The notes beneath the pieces are model-generated. The model saw only the letters and a list, made by a program, of their open reading frames with translations, ran no database searches and was not told the origin of the DNA. From a virus (Duplodnaviria > Caudoviricetes): 44,147 bases of DNA. Each line of letters begins with the position of its first letter. The first letter of the stretch is position 1. Location: the IMG/VR virus record IMGVR_UViG_3300020044_008469, positions 1 to 44,147 of that record; one strand, given 5' to 3'. Positions 18,016 through 27,437 of this stretch are shown here, one piece after another. A program made the position numbers and the translations under genes.

Positions 18016-18614
18016 GATCTATCTGGTGTGTTCCAAAGTCCTTTTTCGCAAATGTATCCTAGTGTCCTAGCCTCATCAATGTGCTGATGAATCCAGTCAT
18101 GGCACTTCGAGCACGTTGCCATGAGATGCCGCAGGTCGGTCAGCAGCGGCCCTACCCGCCCTCTACGGTGATGGATCTCCACTGGCCGATCAGTATGGCA
18201 CACCTCGCAGAGATCCACGTTCGCCAAGAACCGTGCTCGCATGGCGTAATACCCCTTGAGGTCCGCAGCCTTTTTGATCGACACCCGGCGGATCCGCTTT
18301 TGGCGCTTACTCGTCGGCTTCTTGCTCGAATGGATCTCTTGAAGCGTTCTGAGCTTTACCGCGTGCTTCGACTTCTTTAAGGAAGGCCCTCCCGAACGCC
18401 GGCCACGCTGCTTTAATTGCCCTGACAATGTGCTTACATTGGGCCTCACGGCCTTCTTTGCGGGCTTTGACGATCCTGATGGCGTAGTTAGGGCAGCTAC
18501 ACTGGCCTTGAAAATCCTCCGCTGCGAGATCGACAAGGTACGCATTTGTTCCGGTGTAAGAGTGGACATGGAATCGGAATAGTTCGCCTTCGAGCGGGAT
18601 GACTCGGGCTTCAT
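18012..18614 (-). CDS. HNH nuclease-domain protein (true start uncertain)
   Basis: CEVC...EIHHRRGR...LMATCSKCHDWIH in the C-terminal half. Confidence 0.75.
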   Translation of the reverse strand: MKPESSRSKANYSDSMSTLTPEQMRTLSISQRRIFKASVAALTTPSGSSKPAKKAVRPNVSTLSGQLKQRGRRSGGPSLKKSKHAVKLRTLQEIHSSKKPTSKRQKRIRRVSIKKAADLKGYYAMRARFLANVDLCEVCHTDRPVEIHHRRGRVGPLLTDLRHLMATCSKCHDWIHQHIDEARTLGYICEKGLWNTPDRS

Positions 18615-18651
18615 TGTCTGGCGTACTCGACGACTTCTTCTTTGAACTCAT
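18307..18651 (-). CDS. SWIM zinc-finger protein
   Basis: YLVDL...QCSCP...CKHI motif. Confidence 0.75.
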   Translation of the reverse strand: MSSKKKSSSTPDNEARVIPLEGELFRFHVHSYTGTNAYLVDLAAEDFQGQCSCPNYAIRIVKARKEGREAQCKHIVRAIKAAWPAFGRAFLKEVEARGKAQNASRDPFEQEADE

Positions 18652-19096
18652 TGAGATCCGTGTTGAGGATGACTGCGTCAATCACTCCAGCATTCTGTAG
18701 CTCTGACAACCTTTCCGCTTCCCACTCGGTAGCGGGCGCGACTTCCGGGCGCACAATCATGACGATATGTCCTCCGCGCTCCTTCCACTTGTAGGCCTCC
18801 CGGAGGCGCACGATGCGCCCGTTGACAGCTTTCTCTGGGAGGGTATCGAAGAACTCCTCGGTGATGGCATCGTACAGAGCCTCTCCAGTCTGTTCCAGCC
18901 AGCCACGAATCTGTTTCTTCTGCGCGTCGTCCTGCGTGAAGGCAGAGAAGCCGGCATGCTTTAAGCACAACGGGTCAATCATCCGCTTGATGATGTCACC
19001 AAACGCCACCCGGCTGTACCCGTGCGGCACCAGCGCATCACAAGCTGTGTCCTTGCCACACCTGGCGTACCCAGCAAAAGCGATGAGGTTTTTCAT
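18611..19096 (-). CDS. Deoxynucleoside monophosphate kinase
   Basis: IAFAGYARCGKDT P-loop and AFGDIIK motif. Confidence 0.85.
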   Translation of the reverse strand: MKNLIAFAGYARCGKDTACDALVPHGYSRVAFGDIIKRMIDPLCLKHAGFSAFTQDDAQKKQIRGWLEQTGEALYDAITEEFFDTLPEKAVNGRIVRLREAYKWKERGGHIVMIVRPEVAPATEWEAERLSELQNAGVIDAVILNTDLNEFKEEVVEYARQ

Positions 19097-19410
19097 GACG
19101 CGCATGCAATCGGTTCAACCTTGAGAAGTCCTGTAGCCGGGTCGGTCATGTTCATCACGGCCTGCCGAGGATCATCCAGCTGGACCGTGCCGCTTTCCTC
19201 GAACTGCCCGAACTTTACGGTGGCCCTCCATTCGCACGCCAAGCCCCGCCTAGTCGATTTGAATGCCAGACGGACACTCAGGATAGGGTCATCGAAACCG
19301 TATCCAGCTTCAGGGTCGGTAGTGAGTTCGTGATTGATGCGCGGGAAGTGGGCCTCCACCCCTCGCCGCACGGATGCCATGATCTGCTCTGTGTAGGTGG
19401 CGGTGTTCAT
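19093..19410 (-). CDS. Hypothetical protein
   Basis: ATGA-coupled ORF. Confidence 0.65.
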   Translation of the reverse strand: MNTATYTEQIMASVRRGVEAHFPRINHELTTDPEAGYGFDDPILSVRLAFKSTRRGLACEWRATVKFGQFEESGTVQLDDPRQAVMNMTDPATGLLKVEPIACAS

Positions 19411-19664
19411 TTCTTTTCTCCGTGCAGCTCAAGCGCTGCCCGCTGGTTTTCCAAAGAGTTTTCAAGAATCGCCTTAAACTCATCCCAGTTAGTGGCCTTA
19501 CCCTTTCGCTCTACAATAGCGTGCATTGATCTGCAAGTGTCGTTGGCGTCTCTCAGGGCAAACTCGAAGTCCATGTCCCTATTGGTTCGAGCCCTTGTGA
19601 CCTGAGACAGCTCCAGGAACAGCCTGTCAATTGTGTCCGTCTCTAGCGGTGGATTAGTGTTCAT
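19407..19664 (-). CDS. Hypothetical protein
   Basis: ATGA-coupled ORF. Confidence 0.65.
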   Translation of the reverse strand: MNTNPPLETDTIDRLFLELSQVTRARTNRDMDFEFALRDANDTCRSMHAIVERKGKATNWDEFKAILENSLENQRAALELHGEKK

Positions 19665-19843
19665 TCGATGACAATGCTAGGTTGAGCGTCCTTACCTTTG
19701 CCTTCCTTGTAGATGTACACGCTGACAGCGCGACCTACAGGAGTGACTATTTTGGTCGGACCCGGGTACTTCTTGATCACGTTCTCAAGCTCGCAAACCG
19801 TGGTTACGGTAAAGTGCTTGACCATCTTGGTGTCGTTGCTCAC
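19661..19843 (-). CDS. Hypothetical protein
   Basis: Coupled 60-aa ORF. Confidence 0.6.
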   Translation of the reverse strand: MSNDTKMVKHFTVTTVCELENVIKKYPGPTKIVTPVGRAVSVYIYKEGKGKDAQPSIVIE

Positions 19844-20253
19844 CCGCCCAGCTTGGCAGCCCTCTTCTTCCTGTCAAGGGGAGCATGCTTCTTTATTTGA
19901 TTCCAGGTCCATGTGTGCAGGTACTGGGTCAGGAGAGCCCCGACCTCGTCATCGTCCGCGCTGATCTTGATGGCGTGCATGGCAAGGATCCCATTCGTCA
20001 GGTGGTACAGCTCGTGGGCGATCACGTCATCCGCACAATACTCCCGCTTGCAGACCAGTGCAAACCGGTAGCCCGCCTGGAACACCGCTGCCATGGCGTG
20101 CTCGGCCATTTCCTGTCCTCCCGTGTAGCTCCAGAGGCGCTCCATCTCCTTGGGGGCGTCATCCACGATAGCCAGCTTTACGGTGACATTGAAGATCGGC
20201 ACCGTGATTGTGGCTCGGATGTCCCGCATGGGAGGCAGGGTGGGTGAGGGCAT
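19840..20253 (-). CDS. HExxH zinc-metallopeptidase-like protein
   Basis: VIAHELYHL plus downstream DDEVGA. Confidence 0.7.
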   Translation of the reverse strand: MPSPTLPPMRDIRATITVPIFNVTVKLAIVDDAPKEMERLWSYTGGQEMAEHAMAAVFQAGYRFALVCKREYCADDVIAHELYHLTNGILAMHAIKISADDDEVGALLTQYLHTWTWNQIKKHAPLDRKKRAAKLGG

Positions 20254-20260
20254 GGGGATG

Positions 20261-21721
20261 TCAATTTTTATGCCTCGGCCTCTCCTCTTCCTCGCACCCG
20301 TCCAACGTCATGCACTCAAACCTTCCGCAATCTTTCCGGAACCGCAACTGAACATCCCCGGTAGGCCCGTTACGATTCTTGGCCACGCTGACCACGATCT
20401 CCGGGTTCTGCTGGTCCTTCTGCTCATCCAGCGGGATCTTCGACCACAGGAACTGGATCCAGTCAGCATCCTGTTCGATCTCGCCTGCCTCACGGATGTC
20501 CGCCATGCGGGGACGGCTGGACTCTCCTCGCTGCTCAACGGACCGGTTAAGCTGGGACAGCACGATGACGACGACGTTCAGCTCCTTGGCCATCTCCTTG
20601 CACCCCTTGGAGATCTCCGCAATCTCCAGCCGCCTGTCATCGCGACCCCTCTTCGAGGATCCGGTGACCAGCTGCATGTAGTCCACCATGATCACCTCGA
20701 TCCCGTGCTTGCGAACCCACCTGCGGGCATGAGCGCGGATCTGCTGGATGGACATCCCGGACTTGTCAACGATGTGAATGGGTAGCTTGGAGACGACGGC
20801 ACTGGCCTGTGTGATCCTCTGAAAGGACTCGGTGTCGTTGCCCTCTTGGATATACCGGAGGTTGCGAGGGTCCAGATTCACTCCAGCTTCCGCGCTGACC
20901 AGCCGGCCTATCAGTTCCTCGTGAACCATCTCCAAGCTGAAGATCCCAACCTTGCGGGCGCGAGCCATATTCCTGGCCAACTCCAGCATGTACGCGGTCT
21001 TCCCCATGCTGGGACGGGCAGCGATGACTACCATGTTCCCGCGCTTGTACCCCGTGAAGCGCTTATCGAACTCGTAAACTCCGGTGTGAATGCGGGTCGG
21101 GGAGGTTCCAGACATCTCCGCTTGAAGACTCGCGATAAACTCCACCATCACTTCCTTGTTGGGGCGCTCCTGAACCTGGGTGTCCCGGATCCGGAGAGCC
21201 TCCTCCTCGAACTGGTTGATAATCTCGTCCGGGGTGGATGAGGTGCCGTGCAGCGCTGTCGTGGTAGTCGAGCACAGTGCCATGAGCTTTCTAAGCAGGA
21301 GCTTCTCCCGGATGATCTTGAGGTACTCTGGCAGGTTTGAGGCGCTCGGGATCTTGTCTTGGAGTCCGAACACGTACTCGATGCCTCCAGCGTCTCCTAG
21401 GGTGCCTGTAGCGCGAAGGCGGGCCTGCACCGTAATGGCGTCTACCGGCTGGTGAGCCTCCGACATCGCCACCAGGCAGTTCCAGAGGGTGCGACGGCGC
21501 AGGTCGTAGAAGGATTCCGGCACACAGCGAGCCATGGCTGCGTGGATGCACTCGGTCGGATCTAGGAGGCAGCAGGCTAGCACGCCCTCCTCAGCCTCCT
21601 CGGAGTGGGGAGGAAGGCCCACGCTGGCGATATCCTCCTGGGATGGCTTAGCTGCCTCGAACGACTCTGCCGGCTGGAGCAGGTCTGGATTCGAGGAGGG
21701 GGATGTAGGGACGAGCTTCAC
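20261..21721 (-). CDS. dnaB: Replicative DNA helicase
   Basis: PPHSEEAEEGVL, AARPSMGKT, FSLEM, VDYMQL, LSQLNR, IEQDAD, AKNRNGPTG. Confidence 0.97.
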   Translation of the reverse strand: MKLVPTSPSSNPDLLQPAESFEAAKPSQEDIASVGLPPHSEEAEEGVLACCLLDPTECIHAAMARCVPESFYDLRRRTLWNCLVAMSEAHQPVDAITVQARLRATGTLGDAGGIEYVFGLQDKIPSASNLPEYLKIIREKLLLRKLMALCSTTTTALHGTSSTPDEIINQFEEEALRIRDTQVQERPNKEVMVEFIASLQAEMSGTSPTRIHTGVYEFDKRFTGYKRGNMVVIAARPSMGKTAYMLELARNMARARKVGIFSLEMVHEELIGRLVSAEAGVNLDPRNLRYIQEGNDTESFQRITQASAVVSKLPIHIVDKSGMSIQQIRAHARRWVRKHGIEVIMVDYMQLVTGSSKRGRDDRRLEIAEISKGCKEMAKELNVVVIVLSQLNRSVEQRGESSRPRMADIREAGEIEQDADWIQFLWSKIPLDEQKDQQNPEIVVSVAKNRNGPTGDVQLRFRKDCGRFECMTLDGCEEEERPRHKN

Positions 21722-22485
21722 TGTGCAGCTTGGAAAAGGTAAGCCCGGAAGTATTCCTTGAGGCGACGTGTAATCGCATCTGCTGTGCCCTGAATCGCAA
21801 TGCTCTTGGAGTTGTCAAACATCTTCCCGATGTCTCCCCGCCCGTGATTGCTGGTAAAGAGGACCGGCTTTCCACTGTTCGTGCGGCGCTCGATCATCTC
21901 AAAGAAGGCCGAGGAAGCCGATACAGACCAGTCCGACTTCCCGATGTCGTCGATGAATACCAGCCCAGACCGGCATACGTCAGTCATCCAGGACTGGGTC
22001 TCGAACTTCCCGGTAGCGTCTTGGTACGAGGCTTGCCACGTCCATGCTGTGAATGCTCGAACCGTCTTGCCGGCCTCCACAGCCTTCCGGCAAACCCTCC
22101 ACGCGGCCCTCGTCTTCATGGTTCCGGAAGCTCCGGTTATCCAGATTCCGTAATCGTTTCCGTCCCACGCGAACGTCAAGTCCTCCAAGGAAGCGGCTGA
22201 ACCGTCAGTGGCAGTGATCTTGCAGGTCGCGATCCGCTCTGGATCAGTCTGGCCGCGCTCCCGGTGCGTTCGGTACTCTCGCGGACAAAGCTCTTTCCAC
22301 GCTGAATCAATGCGCTGCATGCGCTCCAGATCCTCCTGAGCCTTGTTGGCAGCAGAGCTTTTGGCCGCGCAGGGAGGGCATTCAATGCCGGCAGCGATCC
22401 TGATCCTGTCGGCTAACCCGCCATCGTCGATCCCTAGGAATACGAACTCAACACCACAGGTTTTGCATTTAGCGGATTGGTTCAT
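21718..22485 (-). CDS. DnaC/IstB-like helicase loader ATPase
   Basis: N-terminal CxxC pairs, GASGTMKT, FIDDIGK, FTSN; lies between initiator and DnaB. Confidence 0.85.
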   Translation of the reverse strand: MNQSAKCKTCGVEFVFLGIDDGGLADRIRIAAGIECPPCAAKSSAANKAQEDLERMQRIDSAWKELCPREYRTHRERGQTDPERIATCKITATDGSAASLEDLTFAWDGNDYGIWITGASGTMKTRAAWRVCRKAVEAGKTVRAFTAWTWQASYQDATGKFETQSWMTDVCRSGLVFIDDIGKSDWSVSASSAFFEMIERRTNSGKPVLFTSNHGRGDIGKMFDNSKSIAIQGTADAITRRLKEYFRAYLFQAAQ

Positions 22486-22487
22486 GG

Positions 22488-23267
22488 TTAAATTTGGTCG
22501 AGTGCAAGGCTGCTAGGGGTTTGGTAGCGGGCTACTTCATTTTCCTGAATCAAAATCCCCCAGTTCTTCACGATTGAGAATGGCGTTACAGAACAGGTTG
22601 GCCATGTCTTTCTATGCAGGCCAGCGACTCTCGCTATGTCCTCAACCTTTGCTCCTGCTGATTTAAGGTCCCGGGCCATTTTGGCATATCCGCTTCCACT
22701 CACTCTGGCACCATCTTCCGTAATTCCACAAACCCTGATCAGCTCATCAAAGTATGGGTTCCTTTTCCGACTCACAGGTGGTTGCTTGTCTGGAATCTGA
22801 GCCTTCCCAAAATGGTCTTCTCTCTGATTGTCTTCTTCCCCCATTGTATTCTTAGTGGCTGGTTTGCCACATGCCGTGTTGCCACATGCTGGGTTCCCGG
22901 CATGTGGGTTTTCACCCTCACTCACGCTTGATGACGTCCGGTTTGTGGCCTGTGACCGGTCGGCTTCCGGAACTGGAGAGTCATGGAATGTCCACGTCCT
23001 GGAGACGATTTTCCCGGTGTCACTCCGGTCCTCATGCATGACGGCATAGCCGCTTCTTTCCAGCTCTCGGAACGTAGAAGCGACGGCCTGCTTTCCCTCC
23101 TTCACCTGCTCAGTGATCCACGCCTTCGTGATTACCCACTCCTCCTGGTGGGTCAGCACCATCGCCAGCAGCCCGCGAGCCCTCAGTGAAATGGAGTTGT
23201 CCCGAAGCATCTCGTTCGGGAGCTGGACAAAGTGGCTCTTACAAGCCGACCTGAATATGGTTTTCAT
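22488..23267 (-). CDS. Replication initiator protein (HTH)
   Basis: FVQLPNEMLRDNSISLRARGLL...ELERSGY is typical of phage initiators; contains iteron-like repeats. Confidence 0.85.
   Translation of the reverse strand: MKTIFRSACKSHFVQLPNEMLRDNSISLRARGLLAMVLTHQEEWVITKAWITEQVKEGKQAVASTFRELERSGYAVMHEDRSDTGKIVSRTWTFHDSPVPEADRSQATNRTSSSVSEGENPHAGNPACGNTACGKPATKNTMGEEDNQREDHFGKAQIPDKQPPVSRKRNPYFDELIRVCGITEDGARVSGSGYAKMARDLKSAGAKVEDIARVAGLHRKTWPTCSVTPFSIVKNWGILIQENEVARYQTPSSLALDQI
22860..22919. repeat. Putative replication-origin iterons (4 x 15 bp, degenerate)
   Basis: tggtttgccacatgc / cgtgttgccacatgc / tgggttcccggcatg / tgggttttcaccctc inside the initiator gene, as in lambdoid origins. Confidence 0.65.
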
Positions 23268-23405
23268 AGCGATTCAGAAAGTGGGGCTGCCCCGTTGTAA
23301 GCCCAATCGGTCTGGCGACCTAGGGTTCCCGTGACTTGCCCAAGGGCACAGGATGGAGCAAAATTCGCTATGGACTTCCGCAACGCTTACAACGCCGCGA
23401 CCCAC
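23265..23405 (-). promoter_or_regulatory. Structured 5' leader of the initiator gene
   Basis: 10-bp inverted repeat 23293-23302/23385-23394 and 8-bp inverted repeat 23265-23272/23365-23372 that includes the ATG; TTGACG upstream near 23436. Confidence 0.5.
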
Positions 23406-23547
23406 CACCTCTAACCCGCCATCACCGCCTCGTCAAGTGATTCTCACGTCCCACACCCCCTCACCGCCACCAAGAGCAGCGCTATCAGCATGGCGCACGT
23501 AACGGCCCGATCCGTGATTCCGGCGGGCTCTGGAATGGATACGGAGT

Positions 23548-23958
23548 TCACTTTACCCTCCCTTTGCCAACCTTGCTAGCTCCTCGGCCTTTACGGCCAC
23601 CTCCGCGAGCTTTTCCTCCACAGCTTGCATTCTTCCCCCGTGGCTGTCCTTGCCCATGTTCGCGCTTAACGGCAACAGGACGGCGGTGATCTCCGTTGCT
23701 AACTTGCTCATCTTCAACAGGTGCGTGCGTGTCATCAGGAATTTCTCGATAGTGATTTGTAGGGAACAGGCCGCGCCCGGTCTGGATGCGGAATGAAGCC
23801 CGCTCTACAATGCCCATTGAGATCCCGGCCCGCAAGGTTCTCAGCATCGTTGACTCACCTTTTCCTTCGCGAGCCATCCATTGCTCGGTGGTGTAGAAGC
23901 CTGGAGGGATCTTGTCGGCACGGGCCGGGGCGGTGAGGATTCGGGAGGTGAGGGTCAT
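23548..23958 (-). CDS. Hypothetical protein, possibly DNA-binding
   Basis: ATGA-coupled to the phosphoesterase gene. Confidence 0.6.
   Translation of the reverse strand: MTLTSRILTAPARADKIPPGFYTTEQWMAREGKGESTMLRTLRAGISMGIVERASFRIQTGRGLFPTNHYREIPDDTHAPVEDEQVSNGDHRRPVAVKREHGQGQPRGKNASCGGKARGGGRKGRGASKVGKGRVK
23553..23735 (-). CDS. Small helical protein overlapping the previous gene's 3' end
   Basis: Amphipathic helical sequence in an alternative frame. Confidence 0.45.
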   Translation of the reverse strand: MTRTHLLKMSKLATEITAVLLPLSANMGKDSHGGRMQAVEEKLAEVAVKAEELARLAKGG

Positions 23959-24983
23959 TTGTCCTCCAGGAAGATAGGCCAGCTCGCCGTGATCCCGTGC
24001 TCCGGGGAGACAAAGAACAGGTCCTGTTGCGGAACCTGATACTCGAAGCTCTTGATCGTGGCGTACTCATCAAACCCCTTTCCTGCTCCGTTGACCCTGA
24101 CATTCTTAAACGCCGCCAACTGATGCCAGTGCCCGATGAGCCAGTAGTCGTAGTCATGGAGCCGTTTGAGCTTCGCCGCCTGGATCATCAGCGGTGACAG
24201 CAGTGAAGCGATCCCGGACCCGCCATGCGCCTCGTCGCCATGAGATGCAAGGAACTTGGTGTCAAACACGCTGAACGGCTGCTTGTGGCCTTCCGCGATG
24301 ATCCATGTGAACCGCTTGTCACCAGCCTGATCGAACTGGCGTTTCAGGAGGGCCGAGAACAGCCAGTCAAAATTGTCTCGTACCCTGTTCTTGCTGATCG
24401 GCTTGATCGAGTTGCGACCGTGATTACCCACCACGGACACAACCGTAACCTTACCAAACTCGTCAGCGAGCATCTTCAGGCCGGCACCCATCGGTTCCAG
24501 CCAGTGGTAAAGCGACCCAAGGATCGTGTCCTCATTCGTACACTTCAGCTCCTCGTGGATGTTCCCAGAAAAATTGTCACCAAGCATAGCGACTACGATT
24601 CCTGGGTAATGGAAGCCCCTAACGTAGTCCCGACAGACCTCACCAACTTTCATGAAGTTCCGCTTCAGCCTGCGCTCGGCAATTTTCCGGTTGTACTCGT
24701 TCTTCCCGTTGGTCTGGTTCAGATCAACTACCTCATCAAAATGGAAGTCAGAGAGCAGGTGGACCGGGATAATCTGGTGCTTCTTCGAGGACTGCTTCCT
24801 GACTGACCATTCCGGCATCAGCACCTCGCCTTGCGCTGCCCGCTCGAACAGGGAGTCAGCCTTGAGAGTCCTGTCGTGCCGCTCCATCGCCTCCTTTAGC
24901 TGATGACGAAGATTGGCGTTCTCGCGCTTGAGTCGGTGTTCTTCCTGCGGTGTCAGCTGCTGTGTGCGTTCAGTTAAGCTCAT
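23955..24983 (-). CDS. Calcineurin-like metallophosphoesterase
   Basis: SDFH, LGDNFSG, VGNHGR, SHGD, IGHWH motifs; N-terminal coiled coil. Confidence 0.9.
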   Translation of the reverse strand: MSLTERTQQLTPQEEHRLKRENANLRHQLKEAMERHDRTLKADSLFERAAQGEVLMPEWSVRKQSSKKHQIIPVHLLSDFHFDEVVDLNQTNGKNEYNRKIAERRLKRNFMKVGEVCRDYVRGFHYPGIVVAMLGDNFSGNIHEELKCTNEDTILGSLYHWLEPMGAGLKMLADEFGKVTVVSVVGNHGRNSIKPISKNRVRDNFDWLFSALLKRQFDQAGDKRFTWIIAEGHKQPFSVFDTKFLASHGDEAHGGSGIASLLSPLMIQAAKLKRLHDYDYWLIGHWHQLAAFKNVRVNGAGKGFDEYATIKSFEYQVPQQDLFFVSPEHGITASWPIFLEDK

Positions 24984-25224
24984 TGTTTCCTTCTTCTGTG
25001 GGGCCTTCCGGAATGTACGACTGGCCCTGGAGGACCATGCACTCCGCTACGTTGTCGGCATTGTACCCGTATCCCGTCAGGAGCTGATGGACCATTTCCA
25101 TCGCCTCCATGATGCATGGCGCATCACCGTCCTTGCTCGCTGCTGACAGCGTGAAGCCGTCCCTCGTAACCGTTGTGACATGCATTCTGGATGCAGTGAT
25201 AGCTGCCAGAGTGGGTGTCGTCAA
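24970..25224 (-). CDS. Hypothetical protein
   Basis: Coupled ORF. Confidence 0.55.
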   Translation of the reverse strand: MTTPTLAAITASRMHVTTVTRDGFTLSAASKDGDAPCIMEAMEMVHQLLTGYGYNADNVAECMVLQGQSYIPEGPTEEGNNELN

Positions 25225-25469
25225 ACTTTAGGAGGTCTCACCGGACCCTTGCCAATGCTTTCATCAGGATTGCTGGATCTGGCTCGCAAAGGACGTACCG
25301 CGTAGAAGTATCCGTTTTCTTCGACAAGTTTCCATCCGTCATCTTCAGCATTGCTTGGCCCGACACATCGGCATTCTGCGTAGTGCTCATTGCAGGCACC
25401 ACAGAATGGCTCCCCGCAGCACTGGCATGGCTCGCATTCGTGCGCAAATTTGACACGAACTCGCTCCAT
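25221..25469 (-). CDS. Cys-rich putative zinc-binding protein
   Basis: ECEPCQCCGEPFCGACNEHYAECRCVGP; overlaps the methyltransferase 3' extension. Confidence 0.65.
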   Translation of the reverse strand: MERVRVKFAHECEPCQCCGEPFCGACNEHYAECRCVGPSNAEDDGWKLVEENGYFYAVRPLRARSSNPDESIGKGPVRPPKV

Positions 25470-26059
25470 TGGATCGCCATTTGATCCGCAATTCCCTGAT
25501 AGGTTTTGCTGCGCTCTTTCCACCTGTCCTTGCTTGGGCCTAGTTTGTTTTGTCCGCTTGGAGTCTGGTTTTCCCATCTTCCGCTTTCCGGTTTTGGAAG
25601 CACGGTTGTCGGAACTAGAGCTGGAAGGTTTTTTAACCACAGGCATGTTTGCTTTGATTCTGGGTGTCCAAATTGCCACGGATGAATGATGCAGTCCGGC
25701 TTTCTGATTCGAGATGAAATGGCTCCAACAGGATTTTCGAGAGCGATGTGATCACAATTAGCGCCAAGCAATAGCCTCACAAAGTCCAGCGCATCCTCTG
25801 TCAGCTTGGGATCTCGCAATCCTCGCACCGTCCAGTGCATTCCGGATGAGCACAGATAGGTGCATGGTGGAAACGCGATGATAATGTCCCACGATTGAGT
25901 CAACAGGTCGCGCACGTCACCTTGGTAGTGGTTTCCAGGAACATCGGTAGGCAGCAAGTCGCAAGACATCGCGTACCATCCGAGCTTTGAGAAGGCGTCA
26001 CGCACGGCACCGCTGTACTCGCAGGCTACCAGCACTCTGCCATGGAATAATTCACTCAC
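25238..26059 (-). CDS. DNA (cytosine-5) methyltransferase, short phage type
   Basis: VLVACEYSG, SCD, AFPPCT (motif IV PC), LENPVG (motif VI), KQTCLWL, RSKTYQGIA. Confidence 0.85.
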   Translation of the reverse strand: MSELFHGRVLVACEYSGAVRDAFSKLGWYAMSCDLLPTDVPGNHYQGDVRDLLTQSWDIIIAFPPCTYLCSSGMHWTVRGLRDPKLTEDALDFVRLLLGANCDHIALENPVGAISSRIRKPDCIIHPWQFGHPESKQTCLWLKNLPALVPTTVLPKPESGRWENQTPSGQNKLGPSKDRWKERSKTYQGIADQMAIQWSEFVSNLRTNASHASAAGSHSVVPAMSTTQNADVSGQAMLKMTDGNLSKKTDTSTRYVLCEPDPAILMKALARVR

Positions 26060-26712
26060 AGCACCACCCCCATCCTCGCTGCCAGCTGGGGCAGCAGCAC
26101 GACGTCATTCTTCAGGTAGGCGGCAGCAGCGGTCGGATCATCCTTCATGAGCTGATGGAAGAATTGCCCGCTACCCGTCTTCTCACCCACCCCGAACAGC
26201 TTTGCCAGCGTTGCCAGATTGCCGGTCTCGTAACGGTCACCAAACGTCCATCGATCACGTAGGTCCAGCACGATGCGGTCCCGCCACCACTTCCCATCAT
26301 GCAGGTCGTACGGCTGAACCCCAAGGATCCATGACCGGCGCACCAAGAACGGCAGGTCAAACTTCTTGATGTTAAATCCCATCAAGGAATTGCCCTGGTC
26401 CATGTTTAGGAAGTTCCGGACATGCCTCCAGAATTCCTTGAGCAGCGTCAGCTCGGTGACGCCATCCGTAGCCATGATGGACTGGTACGTCTTGACGTCC
26501 GCGCCAATCATCCAGCCGACCGCGCACACTGAGCCCGTGATGGGCGACAGTGCGGCGTCGGACAGGGCCTTCTGAATGTGCGCCTGCTCGCGCTCGGCGA
26601 TCTTGGCAGGGTCCTTGATATTCCCGGGAGGTTCAAATTCCGGGAGCAGGTTGTTCTCGCGGAGATAGGCCTCCGGGAGCGGGGCAGTTTCGCAATCGAA
26701 TGAGAGTAGCAT
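26056..26712 (-). CDS. 3'-5' exonuclease (DEDD, PolB-exo-like)
   Basis: FDCET, GFNIKKFDLPFL, YLKNDV. Confidence 0.88.
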   Translation of the reverse strand: MLLSFDCETAPLPEAYLRENNLLPEFEPPGNIKDPAKIAEREQAHIQKALSDAALSPITGSVCAVGWMIGADVKTYQSIMATDGVTELTLLKEFWRHVRNFLNMDQGNSLMGFNIKKFDLPFLVRRSWILGVQPYDLHDGKWWRDRIVLDLRDRWTFGDRYETGNLATLAKLFGVGEKTGSGQFFHQLMKDDPTAAAAYLKNDVVLLPQLAARMGVVL

Positions 26713-26753
26713 AGTGTCGCTGTGTGTCGTGTGTGTAACTGTCTAGTAGAAGG

Positions 26754-27437
26754 TCAGAAGGGCACATCTGACCCGTCATCGTCAGCAGCGAAAGGACTAG
26801 CCTCACCATTCGGCCCGCTCGTATCCGCGCTAGGTGCCGGCGCAGCGCTCGCCTTCCCGGACAGCTTCTTGTAGGCGTCGCCTTCCTTGACGATCTTCAC
26901 GATCCACTCAGGCAGTCCCAGCGTGTCCAGCTCGGCGGCGGTCTTCAGCTGGCTCACCGAGAACAGGAGGGGCTTGGTCGCCGTGGTGAGCTTCTGGCCT
27001 TGGTACGGGATGACCGTAGTGAAGTCGGCCCGGATAGAACCATCCGGCTTTTGCGTGTGCATGACCTGAACGGTGCAAGAACGACCCAGGAGCTTCGTAA
27101 GGTCGAGGCCATCCTTTACCTCCGCAGCGGTCAGCGGTCGGCCAATCCACGATTGAATCATCAGCCGCATGACAGCCTTCTCATGCAGGCTGTTCGTGAG
27201 CTGCTTGTTGAGGACGCGAGGAAGATCGAACTCGACGCCTTCCTTGGTCTTGCCCTTCAGATGTGGGAGGAGAGGGAACTCGAACCGGAAGACGACCTTC
27301 TTGGAGTTCTTGTCGAACTTCTCGTTGTACTGCCAGCCCAGATCGTAGAGGCCGGTGAGGATTGCGGCCTGAAGCCCAGCGGGCACTGGCTCGATGTTGC
27401 TAGCGGGGGAACCTGACGCGAGGAATGGATTACTCAT
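26754..27437 (-). CDS. Probable single-stranded DNA-binding protein
   Basis: YDLG, LLGRSCTVQV and an acidic tail ending DDDGSDVPF. Confidence 0.75.
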   Translation of the reverse strand: MSNPFLASGSPASNIEPVPAGLQAAILTGLYDLGWQYNEKFDKNSKKVVFRFEFPLLPHLKGKTKEGVEFDLPRVLNKQLTNSLHEKAVMRLMIQSWIGRPLTAAEVKDGLDLTKLLGRSCTVQVMHTQKPDGSIRADFTTVIPYQGQKLTTATKPLLFSVSQLKTAAELDTLGLPEWIVKIVKEGDAYKKLSGKASAAPAPSADTSGPNGEASPFAADDDGSDVPF

